Source: a virus. Taken from it: a stretch of 64,000 nt of DNA. Position numbers and translations under genes: made by a program. The stretch is from IMG/VR virus record IMGVR_UViG_3300020037_004335, positions 3,445 to 67,444 of that record. One strand, 5' to 3'. The notes under the pieces are model-generated. The model was given only the letters and a program-made list of their open reading frames with translations. It did no database searches and was not told the DNA's origin. The stretch's first letter is position 1. Each line of letters opens with the position of its first letter. Positions 30,481 to 41,985 of this stretch are shown here, piece after piece.

Positions 30481-30819
30481 ATGGCTATAAAAGTAGAAAA
30501 TGTGAAATCTGTTAACATATTAGAAGAAGAAGTGACTGCTTCAAGAATAGTTAAATCTAACTCTAACGAAGTTAAAATAAATCAGTTTAGTGTTGATTAT
30601 AACAATCGCTTTATTACAGAAGTTGTTTATCACGATCCTACATTTATTGGAATGTTTAATAGATTATGTAATGAGTATTCTTATGAGATCAAACAAGAAT
30701 ATGAATTTAAACTTCTTAAACTTACTTATGAAGAAGTTAGAAGTAAAACAGGACTGTATCAAGCTTTTCAAAAGAAAATGAAGTCTTTTATTGATAGTGG
30801 TGTTATAGGAGTAAAATAA
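30481..30819 (+). CDS. Hypothetical protein
   Basis: ORF with RBS. Confidence 0.5.
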   Translation: MAIKVENVKSVNILEEEVTASRIVKSNSNEVKINQFSVDYNNRFITEVVYHDPTFIGMFNRLCNEYSYEIKQEYEFKLLKLTYEEVRSKTGLYQAFQKKMKSFIDSGVIGVK

Positions 30820-30958
30820 TGAGTAATTCAGTCCTTGAGAGATTAATTCACAATCTCAACTATATTAATAAGAATGTTAATGATGATAAGATTATTGAGG
30901 GAGTTAAAGAATTAGATTTAGAAGTTTTAAACTATTTAAGAGAAAAGGAATAAATATA

Positions 30959-31750
30959 ATGGGAAGAGGAAGTAAAACAAAAGGAATTAAGAAATTCGAT
31001 AACAATTATGAATTTAATGATAAAGATTTTGATACAGTACCATCTTTTTTCTTCAATACTGACTCAATACCAGATATAAACTTCTATGCTAAGAATCTTA
31101 AACAGCAAGAGTTATTTGAGAATCTTCATAATAAAACAGTTAATTTTGTTATTGGTGAAGTTGGTACTGGTAAAACTACTGTTCCTATTATATATGCTCT
31201 ACAGATGCTTAAACAGAAGAAATATAAGAAAGTCATGTTATTTAGACCAGCTTCAGTCGATGAAGATGAGAATTTAGGTTTCTTGAAAGGAGATATGCAA
31301 GAAAAGATAGCTCCATTAATACTTCCACTGAAATCAGCTATAGAGAAGTTTGCTACAAGACACGTATATGAATCTTTAGTTAAAGCTAATTATATTGAAG
31401 GTTATTCTCTAGCTCACGTAAGAGGAATGGAGTATAGTAACACAATAGTTATTCTTGATGAATTTCAAAATACTAAACCTAAATTACTTAGAATGTTATT
31501 GACTAGAATTAATGATACTTCTAAAGTTATCATTATTGGAGATGGTAATCAAATTGATCTTCAAAATAAGTTAGACTCAGCTTTTCATGATGTTAATAGA
31601 TTTAGAAACAAGAACAAGATTGGATTCACTATTTTTGATAAAAAAGATATTGTTAGAGGTGAGATAACTAAAGTTATTGAATCGTGCTATCCAGAAGAAG
31701 AGAGTGAAGTTTCAGAATTATATAAGGAGTGGTTAAATGAGAGTAATTAA
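30959..31750 (+). CDS. phoH: PhoH-family ATPase
   Basis: GEVGTGKT, RP, LGFLKG, HVRG, ILDEFQN, LTRI, GDGNQIDL, DIVR. Confidence 0.93.
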   Translation: MGRGSKTKGIKKFDNNYEFNDKDFDTVPSFFFNTDSIPDINFYAKNLKQQELFENLHNKTVNFVIGEVGTGKTTVPIIYALQMLKQKKYKKVMLFRPASVDEDENLGFLKGDMQEKIAPLILPLKSAIEKFATRHVYESLVKANYIEGYSLAHVRGMEYSNTIVILDEFQNTKPKLLRMLLTRINDTSKVIIIGDGNQIDLQNKLDSAFHDVNRFRNKNKIGFTIFDKKDIVRGEITKVIESCYPEEESEVSELYKEWLNESN

Positions 31751-32216
31751 ACAAGAAGTAAAATATGAAGATGATAATAGTAATATCAGAATAACTTATT
31801 TTGATAAGAATGATTATAAGATAAGTAAACTAAAGAAAGTTGATTTCATTGGATTTATTAAATCATTAAATTCGTTAACTTCTGATATTCTTAGTTCTCA
31901 TGGAACTTTATCAGATGAACAGATTGATGAAATGGTTGAAGAAGAATTAGCGGTTGCTCAAGCTAGTTTAGATATAGATCAAGTTCTAACTGATTTAAAA
32001 GAATCAAGAAAAAAACCAGAACCAGTTGTATTTAGTGGAGAGATGGTAGAGATAAAGACAGCAGATGGTAGAATCATGAGAGTTAATAAAGAGTTAACTC
32101 AAGTTGAAACTTACAACTCTCCTCCTCCATCTGAGATGAGTGACAGAAGCTTCTTTGATGCTGGAAAATTTGGTTTTATTGATCCAAACTCAATGAAAGC
32201 AACAAGTAGAATTTAA
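31737..32216 (+). CDS. Hypothetical protein
   Basis: ORF coupled to phoH. Confidence 0.5.
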   Translation: MRVIKQEVKYEDDNSNIRITYFDKNDYKISKLKKVDFIGFIKSLNSLTSDILSSHGTLSDEQIDEMVEEELAVAQASLDIDQVLTDLKESRKKPEPVVFSGEMVEIKTADGRIMRVNKELTQVETYNSPPPSEMSDRSFFDAGKFGFIDPNSMKATSRI

Positions 32217-32752
32217 TGATAAGATTAATAATAACTGAAGAAGATCTTCAAGAAGCAAGAGAGTTGAGTGAGGTGTTTGGTTGCAATAATTCTTACTCAA
32301 TGTTTAAAGACAATGAGATCAAATCTAAAGAAGTTAATCTTACTGGAATGTTGGGAGAAGTTTTATTTCAAAAGCTTTTCCCAAATGCTATAAGATCTAA
32401 TAATGTTAACTATGATTTTATTCTAAATGGTCATACAATAGACGTTAAATCTAAAATAGTTAATTCAGTACCACGACCAGATTTCGTAGCTTCTGTGTTC
32501 AAATATAGTTATGAGAAACAACAAAATGATTATTATGTTTTTATGAGAATTGACAAATCATTGAAAGTAGGATACTATTTAGGAATGATTGGTAAGAAAG
32601 ATTTTCTTGATAAAGCTGTTCTATTTAGAAAAGGTGATGATACTACTAATAACAGATTTGTTTATCAGAAAGATACTTATAATGTATTTCTCAACCAATT
32701 ACATATTCCAGAATCAGTTAAATTAAGAGGAAATAAGTTGAATGTACAATAA
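32216..32752 (+). CDS. PD-(D/E)xK restriction-endonuclease-like protein
   Basis: GMLGE..YDF..IDVKS..DYYVF pattern. Confidence 0.65.
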   Translation: MIRLIITEEDLQEARELSEVFGCNNSYSMFKDNEIKSKEVNLTGMLGEVLFQKLFPNAIRSNNVNYDFILNGHTIDVKSKIVNSVPRPDFVASVFKYSYEKQQNDYYVFMRIDKSLKVGYYLGMIGKKDFLDKAVLFRKGDDTTNNRFVYQKDTYNVFLNQLHIPESVKLRGNKLNVQ

Positions 32753-35700
32753 AGAAGATTATATAAACGGTTGGAAAGATTATATAAAAGAAAAGAAGAG
32801 TTATTTAGTTGAAGCTAAACAAAATGTTTTATCTCTTCTTGAAGCTTACGATAATTCAGATAAAAGTGAATATTTTAAGAAATCCAAAAAATATGGATTG
32901 AAAATATTAAAAGAAGAAATTAAAACAAATGAAAAGATAATAAAGATATTAGAAGATTCTTTAGAAGAGGAGAAATAAAATGAGTAATGATTTTAAAAAA
33001 GAAGTTAAAGAAGGAATATTAGAAAAACTTAGAAAAATAAAAAGAGAATTTAGTAAAAATAATTTTGAAACTTCTCAAGCTATAGACCAACTAGAGTATG
33101 CTCTTGATGAAACTACGTTAGAAAAAATAGGTTCACAAGAAATAGTTGACCTTCAAAAAGACTCAATTCAATTCATTATAAGTTTAAATCGTAAGAATAT
33201 CGAATTTAATAATCAAACAATAGAAGATATTAAAATTCAAGAAAAGAAAGTTAAGGAGATGTTTTAATGATATATGATTTCAGTAAACCTCTATTAAGTT
33301 CTAACAATAGAGAACTAGTAGAACAAGATCCAACAATAGCTCAACAAGTCTTGAAAGATGTGAATGATATAATAACATCTTTTAAGACAACTGATATTAA
33401 AACTGAATTATTCACAGTTGCAATGGAGAGTTTCTTTTTAAAAACTCTTGAATCAAGTCTTACTATAATGAAATGGACAGTAGGAAAAGTGTTATTATTT
33501 AACATTGTTGATAAGAATAAATCTACCACTATTCAAGAAATTTCTCTTATTGGAAAACTTAGAGTTAAATTAAATAATGATGAAAACTCAGTTGAACTAG
33601 ACAATAATGAAGTAAAGTTACTTAGAAGCAAGATAGTTCAATCAGAATTGCCAGATAACTTTAAATTTCAGATATTAGAAGTTATTGGAATTGAGTAGAG
33701 ATGTATATTTGTTCAAGCAATACGATCATTTTAAACGATTGTGATGATAAAATTAATGAATGGTTTAGAAAAAGATGTGAAACAAATCTTTCTAAGTTTG
33801 AATTTGTGAAATTTGAGTTTGATGTTGACATTATTTCTAAAAATATCATTAATTTCTTAGAGAACGATATTGATTTTAATAAATCTCTTAAAGTCGTTCT
33901 TGTGTTTTCTAAAAAAGTTACTGAAAGCGAAGAGCTTAAAAACATTATAAGATTTAGATTTGATTTAAACGGAATTAAAACAACTTTTTTAGATTTTAAT
34001 GAAATTAATAAAACTTATATAGAAGACAAACTTAAAGAAATTGAAGAAGTCTTAAATAAACCTTATACTGAAATTAACTTTAAGACTTACTTCGATTCTG
34101 ATTTGATATTAAATGAAGTATTCAAGAAAGATAGAATTTTTAATAATTTTGTAGATGAGTTGGAGTTTGATTAAATGAAAAACATTTTTAAAGCAAATGA
34201 TACAAAAGAAGATATTCTGAATAAAATTTACTCTTTAAGAAATTTAAATACTAATCACAGAACTTTTATGTTTGAGTTAAGTAGATTAAGTTATCCAGAA
34301 TTAAATAACGTAATTAGTAATGCAGATTCTCTTTATCTTGAATCTAAATACAACAAAACTTATATGAAGCCTTTGTGGCTAAGTGATAAGAACGAGTTTT
34401 TCTGTTATGGTTATTTATTCACTGTTTTACATATTTGTGTAACCATCAATAGGTTATCAATTATTGTTGACGATGTTGATAATGGAGAGAATTGTTTTAC
34501 AAAATTCTTTGAAAATAACGAATCAAAAGATAATGAGTTGAATGAGTTTAAAAATATGTTCTTCACAGATATTGTTCTTGATTGTAAACTATTGAGAGAA
34601 TATTTAAACAATAATAAATATGAGAAATTTTAAAGGAAAATAAACAAATGAAAGTGATAGTAAATCTTAAAGATGATAATTTCTTTAAAGTTGTCAATGA
34701 AGCAACTGGTTTTACAGTTCTTGATACAATTTTATCAAGATTGTTTGAAATCTTTAAAAAAAACATAACTGAGTTTGTATTGTTCTATAAATCAGAGCAG
34801 AATCAACTCTTAAATAAATGGACTGGAGATGTCGAAATAAGTGAAATGAATTATATCTCAATTCCTTTAAAATTTGTTAGAGTCAATGAACATTCTAACA
34901 TTCTTCAGAATCTCTTATTACTTGAGAATCATATATGGGATAGCAAAGTTCTTGTTTATGATACAGATCAACTATTAAAGCTAAATCATATTCATAATTT
35001 CGATATTTGGTTTAATAAGTTTATTCAAAGAAACAATTACTCATTTGAATTTGTTGAAGAGCATTTTAATGATAACAAAATGCTTCATACTACTTACATT
35101 AATAACGGTTGTTTTAATAGAGTTAACGGAGTTGATTTTTTAGATGATTTCACATTTAGAAGCTTATATAAGTCATTAAAGATTCAGTTCAATACTGAGA
35201 TTTGTTACTTTGATTCTGGATTCGATTTGGTTGAAACTGCTAGATATATCTTAAATAATAACATTCATTTCAACGGAGAACATCTAATCTCTCAAGTCTA
35301 CAATGACTTAAGAATGAGTTCACATATCTTCAGTTATGAAGTCGATAAAATGATAAAATTGTAAATAAGTTAAGAAATATTACAAGTTTAATTAATTCTC
35401 TTTATTTTATACGTCAACTATGATTTAATTAATAAAGAGAATTTTATTTTATTGAGGAGAACCAGTTATGGATTTAGAAATCGAAACTCACAGTATTACG
35501 ACTAATTATTTAAATAGTAGCGAGTTTTTAAAACCAGTTGTAGAAGCATTATGGTTCGGTTGTGTTATAATAATACTTATATTGCTATTGTTCGGATTTA
35601 TTACAGAGAATTTTGAAATATTATAAGAGGTAAGATGCAAGTAGAAAATAAAGCTTTAATTTTATCTTGTCTAGATGGTCAACATTGGATTTACTATAAC

Positions 35701-36240
35701 GGAGAACTTATAAAAAAATGTTATGGTCAGTTCAGCGTATTAGATATATTTAAGAATGATAGTATTTTAGTTAAAAATATATCTCAACAATATTTACCAA
35801 ATAAGAAGTTTAGATTAAATAGTGAGGTAAAAGGTATTGAAGAATATGTTAATAAAATAGCTAAGAAACATTTTAGTTTTGTTAAAAATGTTAATAATAA
35901 AGGAGATATAATGAAAAAAGAAATTAAATTACCAGTTGATTCAAATGGAGAGATATTAGAATATGATAATGGGTATAGACAAAGTGGTCATATAGATAAC
36001 TTTATTAAAGATGACATACTTCAATACAGTTCATATTCAAGAGGAAGGTCTTCAATAAAAATTAAATTTAAATCTAAAATAGATGGTAAAACTCACTCAA
36101 TGTTTATTTCTGATTTTGATGATTTCATAAGAGAATCGCAAAATTTAAACAAACCAATAAATATGTTAGAACTTAAAGTTAAGATGACTTATGTTAAAAA
36201 AGGTGCTAATTATGGTTGCAAGTTCTTAGAGCTTCTTTAA
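32742..36240 (+). CDS. Cluster of hypothetical ORFs (32742-32978, 32980-33267, 33267-33698, 33701-34174, 34175-34633, 34648-35364, 35635-36240)
   Basis: Contiguous ORFs with RBSs; no recognisable motifs. Confidence 0.5.
35394..35450 (+). terminator. Probable terminator hairpin
   Basis: aattctctttatt...aataaagagaatt followed by ttattttt. Confidence 0.5.
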
Positions 36241-37029
36241 ATATTCTTTAGTTTGATTATATCCACTTTCTATCATTTTCTCTTTATCTTCATAAGACAG
36301 CTTGAAATTAAGTGGATTTTCGTTTGATATTATTTCTATTATATTAACATTTTTAGCGTCTTTAATTGCTTCTAATTCTCTAGTTCTTATAAAGTTATCA
36401 AGAGTTTTCATAATTACATCAAATATGATGTTAACATCATATTTAACTTCATTATTAACTAATCTTATTCCAAATGCTAACTCATTCTCATTTAAGTTTA
36501 CTGGAAAGTTGTTAAAAACCATTCCATCTGACAGATATAGTTCTTGATTAAAGTCTTCTAATTTATACTTATCAGTTTTAAATATTAAAGGAATACTTAT
36601 ACAAGCTCTTAGAGCTTCATAAATGGCAAAATTAGGCGTTGTTTTAGAAGAGCAATGTATTTCTACATTATTTGTAAAATCACTTAATATAAGGCTAATT
36701 TGAGAGTCTATATCTTTAAACTTTAAATCTTTAAATATTTTATAAAGAGTTTGTTTAATTAAATCACCATCTAATAAACCTGTTCCAACAAAAGGAAAGA
36801 GAATATTTCTATCTTGTAACTGTTCTAAGTCAAATGATTTTAATATTCTCTCTATTTTATTGATTGAATATTGTTTTTTAAAAACTGCATGAATTGTACC
36901 AATAAGACCAGAACCAGATGTTAAGATATAATTATTTATATTATAGTTCTCTTGAATTGCTTTAAGAGATCCAAATATATAATAGAATCTAGTTCCAGAT
37001 CCCGATCCAATAAAGGTGCAATTTTGCAT
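36226..37029 (-). CDS. Patatin-like phospholipase (divergent motifs)
   Basis: GSGSGTR oxyanion loop, LTSGS nucleophile elbow, ALRACISIP, SDGMVFNNFP. Confidence 0.8.
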   Translation of the reverse strand: MQNCTFIGSGSGTRFYYIFGSLKAIQENYNINNYILTSGSGLIGTIHAVFKKQYSINKIERILKSFDLEQLQDRNILFPFVGTGLLDGDLIKQTLYKIFKDLKFKDIDSQISLILSDFTNNVEIHCSSKTTPNFAIYEALRACISIPLIFKTDKYKLEDFNQELYLSDGMVFNNFPVNLNENELAFGIRLVNNEVKYDVNIIFDVIMKTLDNFIRTRELEAIKDAKNVNIIEIISNENPLNFKLSYEDKEKMIESGYNQTKEYLKKL

Positions 37030-37032
37030 TAA

Positions 37033-38392
37033 TTAAACACCAAATCCTATTGCGTGTCTATCTACGTCATTACTGTATTGTTTAACTCTGAAAGTTGGAA
37101 CTCCAACAACACAACTTGAGTTAGTGTCTGAAAATATATTAATGTTTAAACAGTTTCCAGTAATTAAGTTTGGAATAGTTTCTTTAAGTTTAATTACGAA
37201 GTTTCTATTACTAGTTCCATAAACAGAACTAGAAGTATTAACATAAGTGTCGTTACCTAAAAAATCAGACTGAAGCTCAACAGCAGTGCTTATTGGAGTG
37301 TCTTTTTTATAAATTGATATAGTTACTTCTTCATTTTTACCACTGTTCATTAAAATAGGAACTTCAATTTCAACTTCATAATTGCCATTCTCTGGAGCTT
37401 CAAAAAATTGAGCTACTTCTATTGGAGTAATACCAACTGTTATCGGAGAAGCAAAGTTCCAATTTGAAGCATATTGAGATGGAGTAGTTGGAGTATTAAT
37501 TACTTCTTCTACTGATGCTTTTAAAGCATTTATCTGATTTAACAAATGTGAATATCTTTGATCCATTTTCTTTATCCTTTTCTATTATTATAATTTAATC
37601 AATTTTAGAAGTTATGAATTGTCTTATCGTGACTCCAGTTATAACTTCTAATTCTAACCAACTGTATGTCGTATCGTCTTCTATTAATTGGTTTAAGTCA
37701 CCATCTCCAGTCTGTATCCAACTGCTAATCTCTTTATTGTAAGTAGTATACATATCACTACCTTTCTTTTGAGCTTGTGCAATCGTTTCTCCCAATGGAA
37801 TAAAATGATTAATTAACACCATGTTAACAGTAGTCATTATGTTTTTAAATACATTTTCTCTTGTTTTAACTGATTCGTCAAACTTTTTACCTAATTGATA
37901 TTCAGTGTTACCATATTCTTCATCAGATATTATATACTCTTCTAATATCTCATCATTAGTATTATAATATCCTAATATCTCTTTACGTCTTGCTATAAAT
38001 CCAATTAAATCAAATTCAAATTCAAATCTAATTCTAGCAATGTTAATATTATCATAAGTATATATTGCTTCAACTGGTCTACCGTTAAGCATTGTTACGT
38101 CTTTATTTTTTAACTGAATGTTTTGCTCTAAATGTTTTCTAAAATCAATCTTAGAGTTATGAAGAGTCTTGTATTCATTTAAGAGAAGTGATTTGATTCT
38201 TAATTCATAATTGATTACAGGAGTTTCTTCAAAAGGAATAATATCGGAAGTTACATTTTCAGCTATCATATAATCGATTGCTTGTTGTTCGGTGTCGAAC
38301 TCTTTTATAAAATGTTGATTGATTATATCTTCTTCAGAAGTGAAATGGTTAAAGATTGTGTTATCTTTATAATATTCTATTCTATATTTCAT
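37033..38392 (-). CDS. Two tail-fiber-associated proteins (37033-37566 beta-rich; 37595-38392 possible fiber assembly chaperone)
   Basis: Position directly downstream of the fiber gene; composition. Confidence 0.45.
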
Positions 38393-38393
38393 T

Positions 38394-40994
38394 TTAAGCT
38401 CCCCACGCTAATGAGTTGGTTCTATAATGCCATTGATACACTGAATCAATATGAAATAATCTTGCAGTTGTTCCAACTGTTTTACGTATTTTAAATAAGT
38501 TACCCATTATAGCAGTTGTTGGAGTTGGTAGATTAGTGTTAATTGAACCAGCAGTAGTTGTATCAATATAAAATGATACAATATCGGTCGTTGTGTCTAC
38601 TACTATTCTTAAATAAGTCCAGTTTGTCGCATTAACTGGTATAGATGTTATTGTTGATGTTCGAGTTCCACCATTTGAACAAACTATTATCCAATTAGCT
38701 GAAACAGTTCTATCATATTTAAAATATATTCCATTCGTTTGATTAGCAGTAGCTCCAGTGTTATCACCTAAACCTAATTCTAGTGTAAATTCTTGAGTTG
38801 CTGTAGATAAAATAGGAACATAACAAGTTACATCAAAATATAATGCTCCATTGTTTCCATAAATGAAGTGAGTTAAACCATTATGGTAACTACATCTACC
38901 AGACGCATTAGTTCCAGTAGATAAAGTCATTACACCATGCCTTCTATCGTCTTGAATTGGTTGAGTTGCTATTGTAACAGCAGATCCAGCCCCACTTACA
39001 ACACTTACCCAATTATTCTGTCCAGCAGTAGTAGCTCCAGTAAAATCTTCATAAAGAAAATATTCTCTTTGAGCTATTATGAGATCTCCTAATGTCATAT
39101 AATTTAATGTGTTTCCTCCAACGGCTGGATAAACACCTAATACTCTCTTTATACCTATTCCAGTCATAACTCGTTCAGTTACAGTAGTTCCGTCATCAGA
39201 AGTTAGAAAACCTCCTCTTGTTAAAAGAGTGTTTCTAGCTAAAGTTATATTTCCTCCTGTTATCTGAGAAGCATCTAAAGCTAATTCGTCTGCTCCACCA
39301 TTTTCATGAGTTGTTTTATGTGAAGGAATCGCTCCACCTTCTAATGTGGTTACTCTACCATCAAGAGAAGTTAATGTAGTGTTAATTGTTCCAATACTTG
39401 TAGTATGTCCAGAAACAGTTGTTGTTAATGATCCTAAATCAGAAGTTAAAGTTCCAATTGAAGTAGTGTGACCTCCAACGACTCCAGATAAAGTACTTAA
39501 GTCACTTGTAAGAGTTCCTATTTGAGAAGTATGAGTTGATAATGTTGTATTAATAGTTCCTATATCAGAAGTGTTTGTATTCGTTTGAGTTAGAGAACCA
39601 TATCTCACATCTCCTCTTCCATTTGTAAGATAATGCAAATGGGTATCTTTATCTAAGTTTGATAAAAGCGAATGATCGCCAACTCCACTTGATATATTTA
39701 AAACAGTAGAAGTTCTAAAATCTACATAATTTTCTCCTAAATCAGTTGAAACAGTTCTAGTTTTATAAAGATTAGTATAAGAATCGGATGTTTGGAATAT
39801 TACAGTTCCTATTGCTACAAATTCTGTAAAAGGTAAACCAGTTAAACTAGCTATTTCAGTATTAGCTCCTTCTCTTGCTTCAGAAACAGGACTATATTCA
39901 TTTATTCCTAATATTCCTATAACTGGATTAGTTATATCATTTGTAACAAAATAGTGAACTAGTACATGATGATTATTTGACGCTTCAGTTAATTGATATG
40001 AACCTAATACAAGCTCATTATAACAAATTCTACCAGTTCCAGTAAAACCTTCTTGACCATCTCCAATGAAAGGATAATTATCAGCAGTCTTTCTTCTCCA
40101 TTCAGTTCCAATTCTATAAAGTATCGGAATTTGAGGACTTGCTATCATGTTATGAACTATATCTTCATCTGAGAATATACCAGCATCAGTAGTTAATTGA
40201 GAATGAGTATTAGAAGTACCATCTCCATTAATACTGAAGTTATTTAAGGCAAAACCAGATTGATAACGTGAACCTTCATAAGTGTGAAGATAATAATGAG
40301 TAGCCCAACTCATACTTGCTTCATGTCGCTCATTACCAACAAACAGTGCTTTTCCCTGAACAGCGTTCCAATAAATAACTGCTACATATACTTTATTCTC
40401 AATAAGAGTTATATCAAATGAACTTAAATATTGAAGAGTGTTATTAGAATCTAAATAGATAAAATAAGGACTTGTAACATTTGGAAGAACTATAGATTTA
40501 GAAGTAGTTATAGAACTCTTAACAGAATCTTGAAATATGTTATAACTTGTTGTAGTTGGTTGAATTGTAAAAGTTATAGTAGCTTCATTAAATAAGTAAG
40601 TGGAATCAACTTGATTTTGAAAACCAGTTGTGTTTAAAGAAACATTGTCTAAAGCAGTTTGTAAATCTGATATATCGGTTGTTATTCCAGAAACAGTAGA
40701 TGATAAAGTAGTTAAATCTGATTGTAATGTTCCAATATCAGAAGTGTTTGTAGCAACGTCACTAGTTAGGTTACTTAAATTTGAACTCAATGTTACTAAA
40801 GTTCCATTGATTGTAGTTATTTGAGTTGTGTGACCGTTTGCAAGAGTATAAGTAGCACTTAAGCCAGTTGTAGGATTATTGACAGCAGTAGATAAACCAG
40901 AAACAGTTCCATTAAGAGTTGTTATAGAACTTTCATTAGTTGTTATTCTAGCTTCATGATCTACATCTGTTATATCAATGTTTGTTACTGGCAT
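38394..40994 (-). CDS. Tail fiber protein: heptad coiled-coil shafts plus a C-terminal lectin-like beta-sandwich
   Basis: HTTSIGTLTSDL heptads, DHSLLSNL..H.HY and HKTTHENGGAD motifs, C-terminal YEDF...SFYID...TNLP domain. Confidence 0.8.
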   Translation of the reverse strand: MPVTNIDITDVDHEARITTNESSITTLNGTVSGLSTAVNNPTTGLSATYTLANGHTTQITTINGTLVTLSSNLSNLTSDVATNTSDIGTLQSDLTTLSSTVSGITTDISDLQTALDNVSLNTTGFQNQVDSTYLFNEATITFTIQPTTTSYNIFQDSVKSSITTSKSIVLPNVTSPYFIYLDSNNTLQYLSSFDITLIENKVYVAVIYWNAVQGKALFVGNERHEASMSWATHYYLHTYEGSRYQSGFALNNFSINGDGTSNTHSQLTTDAGIFSDEDIVHNMIASPQIPILYRIGTEWRRKTADNYPFIGDGQEGFTGTGRICYNELVLGSYQLTEASNNHHVLVHYFVTNDITNPVIGILGINEYSPVSEAREGANTEIASLTGLPFTEFVAIGTVIFQTSDSYTNLYKTRTVSTDLGENYVDFRTSTVLNISSGVGDHSLLSNLDKDTHLHYLTNGRGDVRYGSLTQTNTNTSDIGTINTTLSTHTSQIGTLTSDLSTLSGVVGGHTTSIGTLTSDLGSLTTTVSGHTTSIGTINTTLTSLDGRVTTLEGGAIPSHKTTHENGGADELALDASQITGGNITLARNTLLTRGGFLTSDDGTTVTERVMTGIGIKRVLGVYPAVGGNTLNYMTLGDLIIAQREYFLYEDFTGATTAGQNNWVSVVSGAGSAVTIATQPIQDDRRHGVMTLSTGTNASGRCSYHNGLTHFIYGNNGALYFDVTCYVPILSTATQEFTLELGLGDNTGATANQTNGIYFKYDRTVSANWIIVCSNGGTRTSTITSIPVNATNWTYLRIVVDTTTDIVSFYIDTTTAGSINTNLPTPTTAIMGNLFKIRKTVGTTARLFHIDSVYQWHYRTNSLAWGA

Positions 40995-40998
40995 TATA

Positions 40999-41349
40999 TT
41001 AAGCTACTGTTCCTAATGATTGACTGATTTTAGTAAACTGTGTTGGATTAACTGAGTCAGCATACTGATAACTTGTTATAACAGTTTGATCTCCTGTACC
41101 AGCTCCAGTTACATAAGAAGTTACTTGTTTAACCATTCCAGCGCTTCCAGCAACATATATTAAAGGAAAACTAGATATATCTGAAGCACTTACATAAACC
41201 CAATCTTCTGTAGTTATAGTATCAGCGGTTGCGGTAGCTGGAGTTGCTGGAGTTGATGGTAAGCCAGCACTTGTCACAACTTCTAATTGCTCAGTTGTTG
41301 GATTCCAAACAACCATTAAATTTCTCATATTTATTATTGGATTAGCCAT
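40999..41349 (-). CDS. Small virion/tail-associated protein
   Basis: Thr/Ala/Ser-rich, within the fiber operon. Confidence 0.45.
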   Translation of the reverse strand: MANPIINMRNLMVVWNPTTEQLEVVTSAGLPSTPATPATATADTITTEDWVYVSASDISSFPLIYVAGSAGMVKQVTSYVTGAGTGDQTVITSYQYADSVNPTQFTKISQSLGTVA

Positions 41350-41662
41350 TTCGATTACCTTTTACAAACTTATGATATGCTATTAAGATGATATTATCTA
41401 TTTCTTCTTCTGTTATATGGAGAGAAGTTGGAAGTGATTTCATTACAGCTCTTTTAACTGTTTCTCTTTTATCTTCTTTTGATAAATCTTCATAAATTAC
41501 TTTTGTGGACTCATCTATAGCAACTTCCAATAACTCATTTAATTTAACTTTCTTAGTTTTATCTAAATATTGTTTTATACCAAATAAAACAGATAATACT
41601 AGTCCAATGATTAATTCTCTTATTTCTGGAGTAGTTAGTATAAATATCAATACGTCTCTCAT
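41342..41662 (-). CDS. Putative holin (LL-H family-like)
   Basis: N-terminal TM then ..EDKRETVK..HITEEEIDNIILIAY, typical of LL-H-type holins. Confidence 0.6.
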   Translation of the reverse strand: MRDVLIFILTTPEIRELIIGLVLSVLFGIKQYLDKTKKVKLNELLEVAIDESTKVIYEDLSKEDKRETVKRAVMKSLPTSLHITEEEIDNIILIAYHKFVKGNRNG

Positions 41663-41976
41663 TATTTTACCTTCAAATTCATTATTTCAATCTTTTTAAC
41701 ATAATTCTCAGAGAAGTATCTTACATCTCTCTCTTGTTTGTTTTCAATTTGATTTAATCTATATTCCATCTTTTGATTCTGAAGTTCTATTTTATGATTA
41801 ACTTCACTCAATGACTCCTGTATCTCATTTGTAGCACTAATCATAGAATATGAAGCTGAAGTAACAGCAAAAATAACAGCTATGATAGCTTTACTTAAAT
41901 CAGATGATAGAAGATCTATCAAAACATTATTTCTTGCGTTTGGGTTTGGTGAACCATTTATTGCCATTTTACTCAA
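41662..41976 (-). CDS. Single-TM coiled-coil protein (holin/lysis accessory candidate)
   Basis: AIIAVIFAVTSASY TM followed by a coiled coil; coupled to the holin candidate. Confidence 0.45.
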   Translation of the reverse strand: MSKMAINGSPNPNARNNVLIDLLSSDLSKAIIAVIFAVTSASYSMISATNEIQESLSEVNHKIELQNQKMEYRLNQIENKQERDVRYFSENYVKKIEIMNLKVK

Positions 41977-41985
41977 CTCCTTTTA

